This document shows, one piece after another, positions 11,871 to 25,210 of a stretch of DNA of 64,000 nt. The notes below the pieces were generated by a model, which worked only from the letters and a program-made list of their open reading frames with translations, made no database searches and was not told where the DNA came from. How positions within the stretch are numbered: the stretch's first letter is position 1; the number at the start of each line of letters is the position of its first letter. This DNA comes from Pristiophorus japonicus (Eukaryota), in the NCBI RefSeq assembly GCF_044704955.1, contig NC_092006.1, forward strand, positions 5,394,001 through 5,458,000, given 5' to 3'. A program made the position numbers and the translations under genes.

Positions 11871-13509
11871 GTACTTGTGCCAACAAAAATAGCCCACATT
11901 CTGCCCGGCGTATGCCCATGAAATTCTGACGCTGGCCAAAGCAGGAGCAAGTGGGTAGCACTCTCGTCTCAGAGTCAGAAGGTTGTGGGTTCAAGTCCCA
12001 CTTCAGAGATTGAGCATACAACCCAGAGATGGAATACTTCTCGACCTGGAGTCCAGCTTGGTGCTGTCTATAATCCACATTTTTCCATTTCCTGGATTAT
12101 CCAGCTAACCAATTACTCACATGAACGTTCCTTTCTACGTAAGTAAGAATAACATGCAGCACAGCTCAATGCAAAATCCAACGTGCATGTTTTGGTAAAC
12201 TGATAAAACCTTATATCTGAATAACATTTTAAAAATGGCAAGTTATGACAGTAAACAGCAATAAGAGTGTATACCCGGCTATAATCCACAAACCCCCGCA
12301 TTCAAAGTACATAATGAAGTGAAAACAATATGTATTTTCTCACTCTGACATTGCAATGACTCAGTAACGATTTCCCAGTCAATTGGTCTTGCAACAGAGC
12401 ACTGACACAATTTAATGGAGCTGAACTTCGATCTGAATGGGGTCGCCAAGCGCCCCCTGGAGGCAACATGTGATAAGGGCCTGTGTCTGTTCGCGTTTCT
12501 CTGTTTCCCCTCCCCCCCCCACCTTAGCGGCTGCTTTGCCCGCTTCAGAGCTGAGGTCACGAAGCAGAGTGAGGACCATATCCTTCCTGTGACGTCCAAG
12601 ATATAAGATCATGACATCAGAACATAAGACACAGGAGCAGGAGTCGGCCATTTGGCCCCTTGAGCCTGCTCCGCCATTCAATACGATCACGGCTGATCTT
12701 CGAACTCAGCCCCACTTTCCTGCACTGTCTCCTTGATTCCCTTAATATTCCAATATCTGTCTTGAATATACTCAACGACTGAGCCTCCACAGCCCTCTGG
12801 GGCAGAGAACTCCAAAGATTCACCACCCTCTGAGTGAAGAAATTCCTCCTCATCTCAGTCCTGAAGTTTCTCCTGAATTGCCCCTTGGATTTCTTGGTGA
12901 CCATCTGATATTGATGGCCTCTAGTTATGCGCTTCTGGCATAGGTGGATACACTCTGTTTGTGTCTACTCGATCAAAACCTTTCATAATTTTAAAGACCT
13001 CGTCTGTGCTGTAAGGTGATTCTAATAGCAGGTAAATTCCTCCAGAATTTTGCTGAAGATATCATTGCACTGCATTATTGAAAAGCGCAATTTGAATTTA
13101 AAATAATCCACTTTTAATACTAAATGTGACAGGGTTCATTCCCAGGATACAACCAGAGAACGCCCTGGATCCACTTACACACCAGCTTTGCCAACAATGC
13201 CCCGGAGTCAGTGCCTGAGCTACCCTGTGGGTCCTTGGTTTCACTGACACACCGCACACATTTGTTCTTTCAATCTGTGCTGTAAATCGGCCGCAGAGAT
13301 ATTCTGAGCGCATCTGGACCGAGCGATCAAAGAGCAGGATTCACATCCACAACGCTGGGGTTTCAAAACCAGTTTAATTTATCTGTAAACATTACATATG
13401 AATTATATCACGTGCTGTATAAAGATGTACTCAGCACAGAAACCACAAATACAAGAATTTGGCATTACAATACTTGAAATTAGTTGAGTATATTCAAGAC
13501 GGAGAGCGA

Positions 13510-14230
13510 TATAGGAGCAGGAGTTGGCCATTCGGCCCCTTGAGCCTGCTCCGCCATTTAATACCATCATGGCCGCTCTGATCATGGACTCAGCTCCCCT
13601 TCCCTGCCCGTTCCTCATAACCCTTTACTCCCTTATCGCTCAAAAATCTGTCTATCTCTGTCTTAAATATATTCGATGACCCAGCTTCCACAGCTCTCTG
13701 AGGCAGCGAATTCCACAGATTTACAACCCTCTGAGAGAAGAAATTCCTCCTCATCTCAGTTTTAAGTGGGTGGCCCCTTATTCTGAGACTATGCCCCCCA
13801 GTTTTAGTTTCGCCTATGAGTGGAAACATCCTCTCTGCATCGACCTTGTCGAGCCCCCTCATTATCTTATATGTTTCCATTAGATCACCTCTCGTTCTTC
13901 TGAACTCCAATGAGTAGAGGCCCAACCTACTCAACCTATCCTCATAAGTCAACCCCCTCCGGAATCAGCCGAGTGAACCTTCTCTGAACACCCTCCAATG
14001 CAAGTATATCCTTCCTTAAATACGGAGACCAAAACTGCACGCAGTACTCCAGGTGTGGCCTCACCAATACCCTGTACAGTTGTAGCAGGACTTCTCTGCT
14101 TTTATACTCCATCCCCCTTGCAATAAGGCCAACATTCCATTCCAGTTGAGATCGAAGATTGGCCATGATCTTATTGAATGGCGGAGCAGGCTCGAGGAGC
14201 CAAATGGCCTCCTCCTGCTCCTAATTCGTA
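13510..14230 (-). mobile_element. CR1/HER1-like LINE 3' fragment
   Basis: ORFs 13590..13952 and 13942..14166. Similar fragments at ~2425-2770, 14910-15300, 15690-16230 and 18445-19190. Confidence 0.8.
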
Positions 14231-14439
14231 TATTCTAAAATAGAGATTAAACTGAACAGTAACCGACATATCATCGTAAGAACAGTGGCCCAACACAACG
14301 CTATGTAAGAGTCCATTTCAATGGTAGAGTTTTCGATTGGACCCAATTGGGAAATCGCGCCCAAACTATGTTTGAAATTGCATCGACTGTCCGGCAAAAC
14401 AGAGGAAGCTTTGCACTCCATATCGTCTTTCCTTTCCCA

Positions 14440-14484
14440 TCAGAGTGTTGGCTCCGTGTTAAATGCCAGCTGGGCATAAAGAGT
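14440..14484 (-). CDS. Gene B terminal exon
   Basis: TLYAQLAFNTEPTL*. The acceptor context is almost identical to gene A. Confidence 0.75.
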   Translation of the reverse strand, partial: TLYAQLAFNTEPTL

Positions 14485-17400
14485 CTGTGAGAGAAAACAG
14501 AAACAATTACCACGGCCCACATCTTCAGCGTCGGAACAGTGGGACAGGAGAGGGCCATTCAGCCCCTCGAGCCTGTTCCCCCATTCAGTTTGATCATGGC
14601 TAATGTGTATCTGAACTCCATCCGCCCGCCTTAAATACCCTCGCCCAACACCAATCTTTCATCGCAGTTTTGAACATTTCAATTGACCCTCAGCCTCAAC
14701 AACTTTATGAGGGAGAGAGTTCCAGGTTCCCGCGGCCTTTTGTCTGAAGATGTGTTTCCTGACATCACCCCTGAACGGCCGGGCTCGAATTTTAAGGTCA
14801 AGCCCCCTTGTTCTGGACTCCCCAGACTCTCTCAAATTCTCTAATCATCTTAAATATCTCGATTACATCACCCTGTAATCTACACTCGAGGGAAAACAAG
14901 GCCAGTCTAAGAACATAAGAACATAAGATTTAGGAGCAGGAGTCAGCCATTCGGGCCCCTCGAGCCTGCTCCGCCATTCAATGAGATCACGGCTGACCTT
15001 CGACCTCAACTCCACTTTCCTGCCCCATCTCCATATCCCCTGTTCCCCTAGACTCCGAAAATCTCTCGATCTCAGCCTTGAATATACTCAACGACTGAGC
15101 CTCCACAGCCCTCTGGGGCAGAGAATTCCAAAGATTCACCACCCTCTGAGTGAAGAAATTCCTCCTCATCTCAGTCCTAAATGGCCGAGCCCTTATCCTG
15201 AGACTTTGTGACCCCTGGTTCTAGACTCCCCAGCCCTGATATGATTCAATGAGATCACATCTCATTCTTCTAAACTCCAGAGAGTATGGGCCCAGTCGAC
15301 TCAACAGGTATATGCAACCTGTCCCATAATATAACCCTTTTAGCATGTTGGGACATTTTATTGGTTGTTGATAGCGCAGGTATAATTGTAGTGAATCGGC
15401 AATCTGTGGTTATTTATAATTACTGACTTAAAATATCCAAATATAGATATTTGAATTTACTTTTAAATAAAAGGTGAATTTGTTTATTCGTTCCTGGGAT
15501 GTGGGCATGGCTGGCAAGGCCGGCATTTATTGCCCATCCCTAATTGCCCCTTGAGAAGGTGGTGGTGAGCCGCCTTCTTGAACCACAGAGGGTGGTTAAG
15601 CACCATTCAAATCGCTGTGGGTCTGGAGTCACGTATCAACCAGACCGGGTAAGGGGCAGTAGATTTCCGTGATTTCCTTCCCTGAAACATTCGGCCCTTC
15701 GAGCCTGCACCACCATTCAATATGATCATGGCTGATCATGCAACTTCAGTACCCCTTTCCTGCTTTCTCTCCATACCCCTTGATCCCTTTAGCCAAAAGG
15801 GCCACATCTAACTCCCTTTTGAATATATCCAACGAACTGGCCTCAACAACTTTCTGTGGTAGAGAATTCCACAGGTTCACAATTCTCTGAGTGAAGAAGT
15901 TTCTCCTCATCTCGGTCCTAAATGGCTTACCCCTTATCCTGAGACTGTGACCCCTGGTTCTGGACTTCCTCAACATTGGGAACATTCTTCCTGCATCTAG
16001 CCTGTCCAATCCCGTCAGAATTTTATATGTTTCGATGAGATTCCCCTCTCATTCTTCTAAATTCCAGTGAATATAAGCCTAGTCGATCCAGTCTTTCTTC
16101 ATATGTCAGTCCTGCCATCCCGGGAATCAGTCTGGTGAACCTTCGCTGCACTCCCTCAATAGCAAGAATGTCCTTCCTCAGATTAGGAGACCAAAACTGC
16201 ACACAATACTCAAGGTGTGGCCTCACTGAGGCCCTGTAGGAGGGCAATGGCACAAAGCCAGGTCGCTGATTGCAGTGCGGGCAGGCACAGCAGGAGGGGC
16301 GACGGAGCAGCAAGACTCCGTAGAGGGAAGTGATTGAGGCCCAAGAGAGGCATGAATCTGGGGCCCAGAAGAGGCGAGGGCCCAGCCCACACTGTGCGAT
16401 ATGTGCGCGCACTAGGCCCGTGCAGCAGAGCTGGTCTCCAGTCGTCCTGGTTCACCCTTGCCCCTGGACCAAGACCTCACTCTGTCAAGCCCATGTGGTG
16501 GCTGGTGTGCAACGGTCACCCCACGTTAAAAAAACCCACCCACAGGGGCCTTCCACCCTTCAGGATGTAGTTCGGGATCTAGAATTTTAGGTTCTTTATT
16601 GAAACACTGTGAACTCATCCCTTTTTTGGCATGGAATCAAGCCATACTCACTTCGAGGGACTGCCTATAATGATGATACAACTGCAGTAAGACCTCCCTG
16701 TTCCTATACTCAAATCCCCTATACTGTCCTATACTCAAAGACATTAGTGACACCAGATGGGTTTTTACAATCTGGTAGTTTTATGGTCACCGTTACTTTT
16801 TAATTCCACATTTATTTGATTAATTGAATTTAAACTTCTCACCTACCATGGTGGGATTGGAATTCGGGTCCCCGGGATTAATAGTCCAGGCGCCTGGATT
16901 ACTAGCCCGCTGACATAACCACTATGCTACCGTTCTGTCGTGTTAAGCGAAGACAGCTCTTTTCCTATCTACCGCCTGGAACAGCGAACCACCCTGCAAG
17001 CGGATAAATTGGGAGTGCGGAGGAGTTTGAAGCACCTTGCGACCATCCCTACCTGACTGCCGCTCCGGACAGCCGCCACAGACACCATCAGGAGCAGGAG
17101 AAGCGCCGCCAACAAATTCAGGACCAACCGCAATCCGCAGGCGCTCTGTGACGGAGACACTGCAAGAAAAGAGCTTTTTTAAAGAAAAAGGACGTTTCTG
17201 CAAAGAGTTAAACAAGTGCAGCCACCGAGCAAATCTGCTTGTGGAATTTCACACAAAACATTTTGCATAGTTCCCCAGCGAGCAGATATCTGAGAGGCCC
17301 CTGCTTACCGATAACTTTGCAATTAACAAGGACTGCGATGTTGCGATAGACAGGCAGACACGGGCAGACACCTGAGAGATAGACAGATAAGAACACAAGA

Positions 17401-20400
17401 AATAGGAGCAGGAGTCGGCCATTTGGCTCCACAGCTGGTCTGGTCTCGGGCTCAGCTCTACTTCCCTGTCTGATAGATAGACAGACAGACATAGAGATAG
17501 AGATAGAGAGAGAGTTAGAGAGTTAGAGAGAGAGAGGGAGATAGAGAGAGAGAGAGAGGGAGATAGATAGATAGAGAGTTAGAGAGAGAGAGATAGATAG
17601 ATAGAGAGTTAGAGATAGAGAGTTAGAGTTAGAGATAGAGAGTTAGAGATAGAGATAGAGAGTTAGAGATAGAGATAGAGAGTTAGAGATAGAGATAGAG
17701 AGTTAGAGATAGAGAGTTAGAGATAGAGAGTTAGAGATAGAGAGTTAGAGAGATAGATAGATAGAGTTAGAGATAGAGAGTTAGAGATAGAGAGTTAGAG
17801 AGATAGATCGATTGGATAGGCTGGGTTGTTTTCTTTGGAACAGAGGAGACTGAGGGGCGACCTTATTGAGGTGTATAAAATTATGAGGGGCCTGGATAGA
17901 GTGGATAGGACAGACCTGTTTCCCTTGGCAGAGGGGTCAACAACCAGGGGTCACAGATTGAAAGTAATTGGGAGGAGGTTTAGAGGGGATTTGAGGGGAA
18001 ATGTCTTCACCCAGAGGGTGGCGGGGGTCTGGGGTGGAACTCACTGCCTGAAAGGGTGGTAGAGGCAGAAACCCTCACCACATTTAAAAAGCACCTGGAT
18101 GTGCGCTTGAAGTTCCGTAACCTACAGGGCTACGGACTGAGAGCTGGAAAGTGGGATTAGGCTGGGTGGCTCTTTGTCGGCCGGCGCAGACATGATGGGC
18201 CGAATGACCTCCTTCCATGCTGTAAATTTCTATGATTCTAGGATAGACATCGCGATAGAACACAGCACAGTGGAAATGTAATCACATTTTCGACTTTTAA
18301 GCAGGGAGGTACCTTACTCCGAACATTTATTCCCTAGCTAGACAGATAGACTTCAAAATTCAGCAAGGTAGACACTGAAACATTGAGAGATATGTGATAG
18401 GGAGATCATGGTATAATTATACACGGAGACGCAGAAAAGGACGTAAGAATATAAGAACATAAGAAATAGGAGCAGGAGTCGGCCATTCGGCCCCTCGAGC
18501 CTGCTCCGCCATTCAATACGATCCTGGCTGATCCGATCATGGACTCAGCTCCACTTCCCCGCCCACTCCCCATAACCCTTCACTTCCTTATCGCTCAAAA
18601 ATCTGTCTATCTCCACCTTATATATATTCAATGTCCCAGCCTCCACAGCTCTCTGGAGCCGAGAATTCCACAGATTTACAACCCTCTGAGAGAAGAAATT
18701 CCTCCTCATCTCAGTTTTAAATGGGCGGCCCCTTATTCTGAGACTATGCCCCCTAGTTCTAGTCTCCCCCATCAGTGGAAACATCCTCTCTGCATCCACC
18801 TTGTCGAGCCCCCTCATTATCTTATACGTTTCGATAAGATCACCTCTCATTCTTCTGAACTCCAATGAGTAGAGACCCAACCTGCTCAACCTTACCTAAG
18901 AAGTCAACCCCCTCATCTCCGAAATCAACCAAGTGAACCTTCTCTGAACTGCCTCCAGTGCAAGTATATCCTTCCTTAAATACGGAGACCAAAACTGCAC
19001 GCAGTACTCCAGGTGTGGCCTCACCAATACCCTCTCCAGTTGTAGCAGGACTTCTCTGCTTTTATACTCTATCCCCCTTGCAATAAAGGCCAAGATTCCA
19101 TTCCAGTTGAGGTCTAAGATTGGCCGTGATCTTATTGAATGGCAGAGCAGGCTCGAGGGGCCGAATGGCCTCCTCCTGCTCCTAATTCGTATATTCTAAA
19201 ATAGAGGTTAGACTGAACAGTAACCGACATATCGTAGAGGGTTGTTGAGGCCAGTCTGTTAGATATATTAAAGAGGAAGCTAGATATGGCCCTTACAGCT
19301 AAAGGGATCAAGGGGTATGGAGAGAAAGCAGGAATGGGGTACTGAGGTGAATGATCAGCCATGATCATATTGAATGGTGGTGCAGGCTCGAAGGGCCGAA
19401 TGGCCTACTCCTGCACATATTTTCTATGTTTCTATGTAAGGACAGTGGCTAAATACAGCGCTATGTATTCTGAATTCCCTGTCATTCTTCTGAACTCCAG
19501 TCCTTCAATATACAAAAAGTTGCGAAGAAGTGAGACTCACATCACCATTGAAGATATTAGTGAAGGGGACACCGGCCACAGTTACCTCCCGGAGATGCGA
19601 CGCTTTCACTCAGGAGATCCCCGGTGGCGTTGATCGGAACGGTGCAAGTGCAGACGGCGCCGCTGCGCCAGGTTTCGGCCGAGACGCTCAGGACGCTTCT
19701 GGCGGTATAGCTCCCGTCCGGCTCCAGCCTGCCGGGCTCGCTCCGTCCCTCGGCGGCCCGTCCCGCAACCAGCCAGCGGATGGGGAAGGAGTCCGGAGCA
19801 GCGCCCCGCACCAGACACATCAAGGGCACTCTCTCCAGCCGGGGAATCTCAGCCGGCGGTGGCGTTAAGAGGAAGAGGACCGGGGGGCCCGCTAGATGGA
19901 AGAGAAATTGGAATTAACCAGGCGCACAAGGTAGGTTTAAATTGGTGTCTCGACGCACAATTGGATGGACGAGTGGGATTACCTGTGATCACCAGCGTGG
20001 TGCCAGTCCCGAATATCAGGGACCGATTCCTGGCGTTTGGAGCAGCGCAGTAATACCGCCCAGAATCGCTCCTCTGGACGTTGTCAATGACCAGCGAATA
20101 ATTCCCCGATTGCTCGCATACCTCGCCGGAAAATCTTCCCCCGGGCCTCACGAACCGTCCGGTTTTGTAAACAATCCGCATGCCCTCTCGGTGCCAGTGT
20201 GTGTACCAGTAAACGATGCCCGGGGCCAGCCTCCCGGTCTGGCATTGCAGTTTGACCAGGCTCGCGACATCGGCCGTTAGCAGCGCCGGAAATTGGCTCA
20301 AGACCGCCTGAGACACGACAGCTGAGACAAGGTTGCGGGGGGGGGGGACACAAAAATTAAAAAAAACACAATATTAACAACAGGTTATAGGCCCCCGAGT

Positions 20401-23400
20401 CACCCTGGATACCGACACATCTCAAATTCCCCTCCACTGGCGCGTCGGGAGCGCGTGTGGGACATTCCGCCGCGCTGCGCACCGTTAAATTGCGCCTCTC
20501 CGCCCGCAATTCCCACAGGCGCACAGTCCGAGTCCGTTCGCTGTGAAATCCGCTCCAATCATTGGCGAGCACCATGGCGACTGGCTGCAGTTAAGATTGC
20601 AAAATCCTTCTCCCAAACCGATTATGCTTCCCCTGGTCTAACCCGGCTCTCCAATCCATCTCTCCAGGGGTTGGGGACCGGGGGGCGCTTGATTGTGTTA
20701 AAATGGGGCGATAGCTTTCTCACTAATTCCACTAGACAGGCCCCCCTCTCCCAACGGTAGACCCTCGCCTTCAAATACCGGAGTTCACTGACAACTTTAT
20801 CTCAGTTAGGGGGCAGTTCAGTGTCACATTCGCTTCCACTCACCCATCACAATGTTCGGCTCCAAAGTCGCGCTATCGGTATTGAGCGAAGCCCGCACAC
20901 CTTTATACTTTGCCCAATATCTAATCTGCTTCTTAAAAAAATTATAGTTAAACGCAAACTTGTGTATCAGCGAACGATGCAACACAGGAGGCCATTCGGC
21001 CCATCAAACCTGTGTTGTGCCGGCTCTGTGACAGAGCGACTCAATCATTCCCACTCCGCCCCTGCTCTTTCCCCACAGCCCGGCATATTGCCTCCTTTCC
21101 AAATATTTATCCAATTCCCCCGTTTGAAAGTCACTTTTTCATCTGCTCCCAGTGCCCCTTTCAGGCAGCGCGTTCCCGAGCACAAGCTCTCAGGGCTTGA
21201 AATCACGTCCTGAACTCCCCCTCTGGTTCTGTTACCGATTATCTTAAACAAGTGTCCTCTGCTTCCCCACCCTCCTCCCACTGGAAACAATCTCTCCTTC
21301 TTTACTCGATCGGAAACCTTCTCCTTATTAATTCTATAAAAACCCTTCTCCTTATTAATTCTCTCCAAAACCCTTCTCCTTATTAATTCTCTCCAAAACC
21401 CGTCTAAAATCCAAAATCCAAAAGAGTAGGAGTAAACGGGTACTTTTCAGAATGGCAGGCAGTGACTAGTGGAGTGCCGCAAGGTTCTGTGCTGGGGCCC
21501 CAGCTGTTTACATTGTACATTAATGATTTAGACGAGGGGATTAAATGCAGTATCTCCAAATTTGCGGATGATACTAAGTTGGGTGGCAGTGTGAGCTGCG
21601 AGGAGGATGCTATTAGGCTGCAGAGTGACTTGGATAGGTTAGGTGAGTGGGCAAATGCATGGCAGATGAAGTATAATGTGGATAAATGTGAGGTTATCCA
21701 CTTTGGTGGTAAAAACAGAGAGACAGACTATTATCTGAATGGTGACAGATTAGGAAAAGGGAAGGTGCAACGAGACCTGGGTGTCATGGTACATCAGTCA
21801 TTGAAGGTTGGCATGCAGGTACAGCAGGCGGTTAAGAAAGCAAATGGCATGTTGGCCTTCATAGCGAGGGGATTTGAATACAGGGGCAGGGAGGTGTTGC
21901 TACAGTTGTACAGGGCCTTGGTGAGGCCACACCTGGAGTATTGTGTACAGTTTTGGTCTCCTAACTTGAGGAAGGACATTCTTGCTATTGAGGGAGTGCA
22001 GCGAAGGTTCACCAGACTGATTCCCGGGATGGCGGGACTGACCTATCAAGAAAGATTGGATCAACTGGACTTGTATTCACTGGAGTTCAGAAGAATGAGA
22101 GGGGACCTCATAGAAACGTTTAAAATTCTGACGGGTTTAGACAGGTTAGATGCAGAAAGAATGTTCCCAATGTTGGGGGAGTCCAGAACCAGGGGTCACA
22201 GTCTGAGGATAAGGGGTAAGCCATTTAGGACCGAGATGAGGAGAAACTTCTTCACCCAGAGAGTGGTGAACCTGTGGAATTCTCTACCACAGAAAGTAGT
22301 TGAGGCCAATTCACTAAATATATTCAAAAGGGAGTTAGATGAAGTCCTTACTACTCGGGGGATCAAGGGTTATGGCGAGAAAGCAGGAAGGGGGTACTGA
22401 AGTTTCATGTTCAGCCATGAACTCATTGAATGGCGGTGCAGGCTAGAAGGGCTGAATGGCCTGCTCCTGCACCTATTTTCTATGTTTCTATGTTTCTATG
22501 TCTCCTTATTAATTCTCTCCAAAACCCTTCTCCTTATTAATTCGCTCCAAAACCCTTCTCCTTATTAATTCGCTCCAAAACCCTTCTCCTTATTAATTCT
22601 CTACAAAATCCTTCCCCTTATTAATTCGCTCCAAAACCCTTCTCCTTATTAATTCTAACCAAAACCCTTCTCCTTATTAATTCTCTCCAAAACCCTTCTC
22701 CTTATTAATTCGCTCCAAAACCCTTCTCCTTATTAATTCGCTCCAAAACCCTTCTCCTTATTAATTCTCTACAAAATCCTTCCCCTTATTAATTCGCTCC
22801 AAAACCCTTCTCCTTATTAATTCTAACCAAAACCTTTCTCCTTATTAATTCGCTCCAAAACCCTTCTCCTTATTAATTCTAACCAAAACCCTTCTCCTTA
22901 TTAATTATCTCCAAAATCGTTCTCCTTATTAATTCGCTCCAAAACCCTTCTCCTTATTAATTCTAACCAAAACCCTTCTCCTTATTAATTCTCTCCAAAA
23001 CCCTTCTCCTTATTAATTCTATCCAAAACCCTTCTCATTATTAATTCACTCCAAAACCCTTCTCCTTATTAATTCTCTCCAAAATCCTTCTCATTATTAA
23101 TTCTCTCCAAAACCCTTCTCATTATTAATTCTCTCCAAAACCCTTCTCCTTATTAATTCTATCCAAAATCCTCCTCCTTATTAATTCTCTCCAAAACCCT
23201 CCTCCTTATTAATTCTCTCCAAAACCCTTCTCCTTATTAATTCTATCCAAAACCCTTCTCCTTATTAATTCTATCCAAAACCCTCCTCCTTATTAATTCT
23301 CTCCAAAACCCTTCTCCTTATTAATTCTCTCCAAGACCCTTCTCCTTATTAATTCTCTCCAAGACCCTTCTCCTTATTAATTCTCTCCAAAACCCTTCTC

Positions 23401-24510
23401 CTTATTAATTCTCTCCAAAACCCTTCTCCTTATTAATTCTATCCAAAACCCTTCTCCTTATTAATTCTCTCCAAAACCCTTCTCCTTATTAATTCTCTCC
23501 AAAACCCTTCTCATTATTAATTCTCTCCAAAACCCTTCTCCTTATTAATTCTCTCCAAAACCCTTCTCCTTATTAATTCGATCCAAAACCCTCCTCCTTA
23601 TTAATTCTCTCCAAAACCCTTCTCCTTATTAATTCTCTCCAAGACCCTTCTCCTTATTAATTCTCTCCAAGACCCTTCTCCTTATTAATTCTCTCCAAAA
23701 CCCTTCTCCTCATTAATTCTCTCCAAAACCCTTCTCCTTATTAATTCTATCCAAAACCCTTGTCCTTATTAATTCTCTCCAAAATCCTCCTCCTTATTAA
23801 TTCTCTCCAAAACCCTTCTCATTATTAATTCTCTCCAAAACCCTTATCCTTATTAATTCTATCCAAAATCCTCCTCCTTATTAATTCTCTCCAAAACCCT
23901 CCTCCTTATTAATTCTCTCCAAAACCCTTCTCCTTCTTAATTCTCTCCAAAACCCTTCTCCTTCCTAATTCTATCCAAAACCCTTCTCCTTATTAATTCT
24001 ATTCAAAACCCTCCTCCTTATTAATTCTCTCCAAAACCCTTCTCCTTATTAATTCTCTCCAAGACCCTTCTCCTTATTAATTCTCTCCAAGACCCTTCTC
24101 CTTATTAATTCTCTCCAAAACCCTTCTCCTTATTAATTCTCTCCAAAACCCTTCTCCTTATTAATTCTATCCAAAAACCTTCCCATTATTAATTCTCTCC
24201 AAAACCCTTCTCCTCATTAATTCTATCCAAAACCCTTCTCCTTATTAATTCTCTCCAAAACCCTTTTCCTTATTAATTCTCTCAAAAACCCTTCTCCTTA
24301 TTAATTCTCTCCAAAACCCTTTTCCTTATTAATTCTCTCAAAAACCCTTCTCCTTATTAATTCTCTCCAAAACCCTTTTCCTTATTAATTCGCTCCAAAA
24401 CCCTTCCCTTGGTTGACTCTCTCCTAACCCCTTCCCCACTCTGGCAAAACATCGAAGGCTATCTCACCTTGGAAGAGATGGAACAGCACACAGAGACCAC
24501 AGAAGCTCAT
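14440..24510 (-). CDS. Gene B: non-rearranging VJ-C1-TM receptor, 5 exons, 279 aa
   Basis: Exons 24510-24468, 20321-19983, 19891-19586, 17159-17053, 14484-14440. They total 840 nt and are open if the TM exon (phase-0 end) splices directly to the terminal exon. Confidence 0.78.
17053..17159 (-). CDS. Gene B stalk/TM exon
   Basis: SPSQSACGLRLVLNLLAALLLLLMVSVAAVRSGSQ. 107 nt, with nucleotide similarity to the gene A TM exon. Confidence 0.82.
17475..17810. repeat. GA-rich compound microsatellite (GAGATA/GAGTTA)
   Basis: Seen directly. Confidence 0.9.
19586..19891 (-). CDS. Gene B C1-set exon
   Basis: [39 protein letters not shown]...[27 protein letters not shown]. 306 nt. Confidence 0.9.
19983..20321 (-). 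CDS. Gene B germline-joined VJ exon
   Basis: [26 protein letters not shown]...WYTHW...[28 protein letters not shown]. 339 nt. Confidence 0.93.
21422..22500 (+). mobile_element. Young 5'-truncated CR1/HER1-like LINE inserted in the 28-bp array of gene B intron 1
   Basis: Open 312-aa RT C-terminus (GVPQGSVLGP, FADD) and a tail. Absent from the mirrored arm. Confidence 0.9.
22501..24410. repeat. 28-bp minisatellite (TTATTAATTCTCTCCAAAACCCTTCTCC)n
   Basis: Direct tandem array, continuing at 21315-21410. Confidence 0.95.
24468..24510 (-). CDS. Gene B leader exon ([14 protein letters not shown])
   Basis: 43 nt with donor G|GTGAG. Near-identical to the gene C leader. Confidence 0.78.
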
Positions 24511-24691
24511 TATCCCTGCCCCAGGAGGGTTGAACTCTGATGCTGGGACTGGCAGCTCAGGGAGGAATGCTTGTCAGCAGGTCGGTGCGAGGCTGGTGTG
24601 AAATGCCGAGCCAATTGTGGTAAGCACGCACTGTGTTTATTAATAAATGTACGATTTGGGCTGCAAAATAGTGCCGAAGCAGAAAGCTCTG

Positions 24692-24705
24692 TGTGGGTTT
24701 CCTGT
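24692..24705 (-). promoter_or_regulatory. Upstream motif ACAGGAAACCCRCA (ETS core plus RUNX-like), conserved in all three genes
   Basis: Present about 150-195 nt upstream of each ATG: 10137-10150 (A), 24692-24705 (B), 31312-31325 (C). Confidence 0.4.
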
Positions 24706-25210
24706 TTTTACAGGTAAAGAGATGAAACACACACACACCATCTGTGTTACAGAAGGCACCTCGTCTCTACGCATGTTAGTTTGACCACACTTGGAGCACT
24801 GCGCACGGTTCTGGTCTCCATCTTTCAAAAGAATATAGAGGCACTGGAGCGGGTGTAAACAAGATTCAGAAAGATGACACCAGAACTGAGAGAGGTTATA
24901 CTGATCAGGAAAGGCTGGACAGACTGGGGCACTTTTCTCCAGAAAATTACATAGTATGCACATCACAAAAACAGACCATTCAGCCCCACCGCTCCGTGCC
25001 GGGGTTTATGCTCCACACCAGCCCCTCCCACCTCTCTCCATCTCACCCCATTCGCCATATCCTTCTATTCCTTTCTCCCTCATGTGTTTATCCAGCCTCC
25101 CCTTAAATACATCGATACTATTCGCCTCAACCCCTCCCTATGGCAGCGAGTTCCACATCTCAGCGCTCTCTGGGTCAAGAAGTTTCTCCTGAATTCCCCA
25201 TTGGGTTTAT

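Noticed and set aside
22501-24410. CRISPR-like appearance of the 28-, 33- and 38-bp arrays
   Set aside because: Head-to-tail repeats with no unique spacers, in a vertebrate context with no cas genes.
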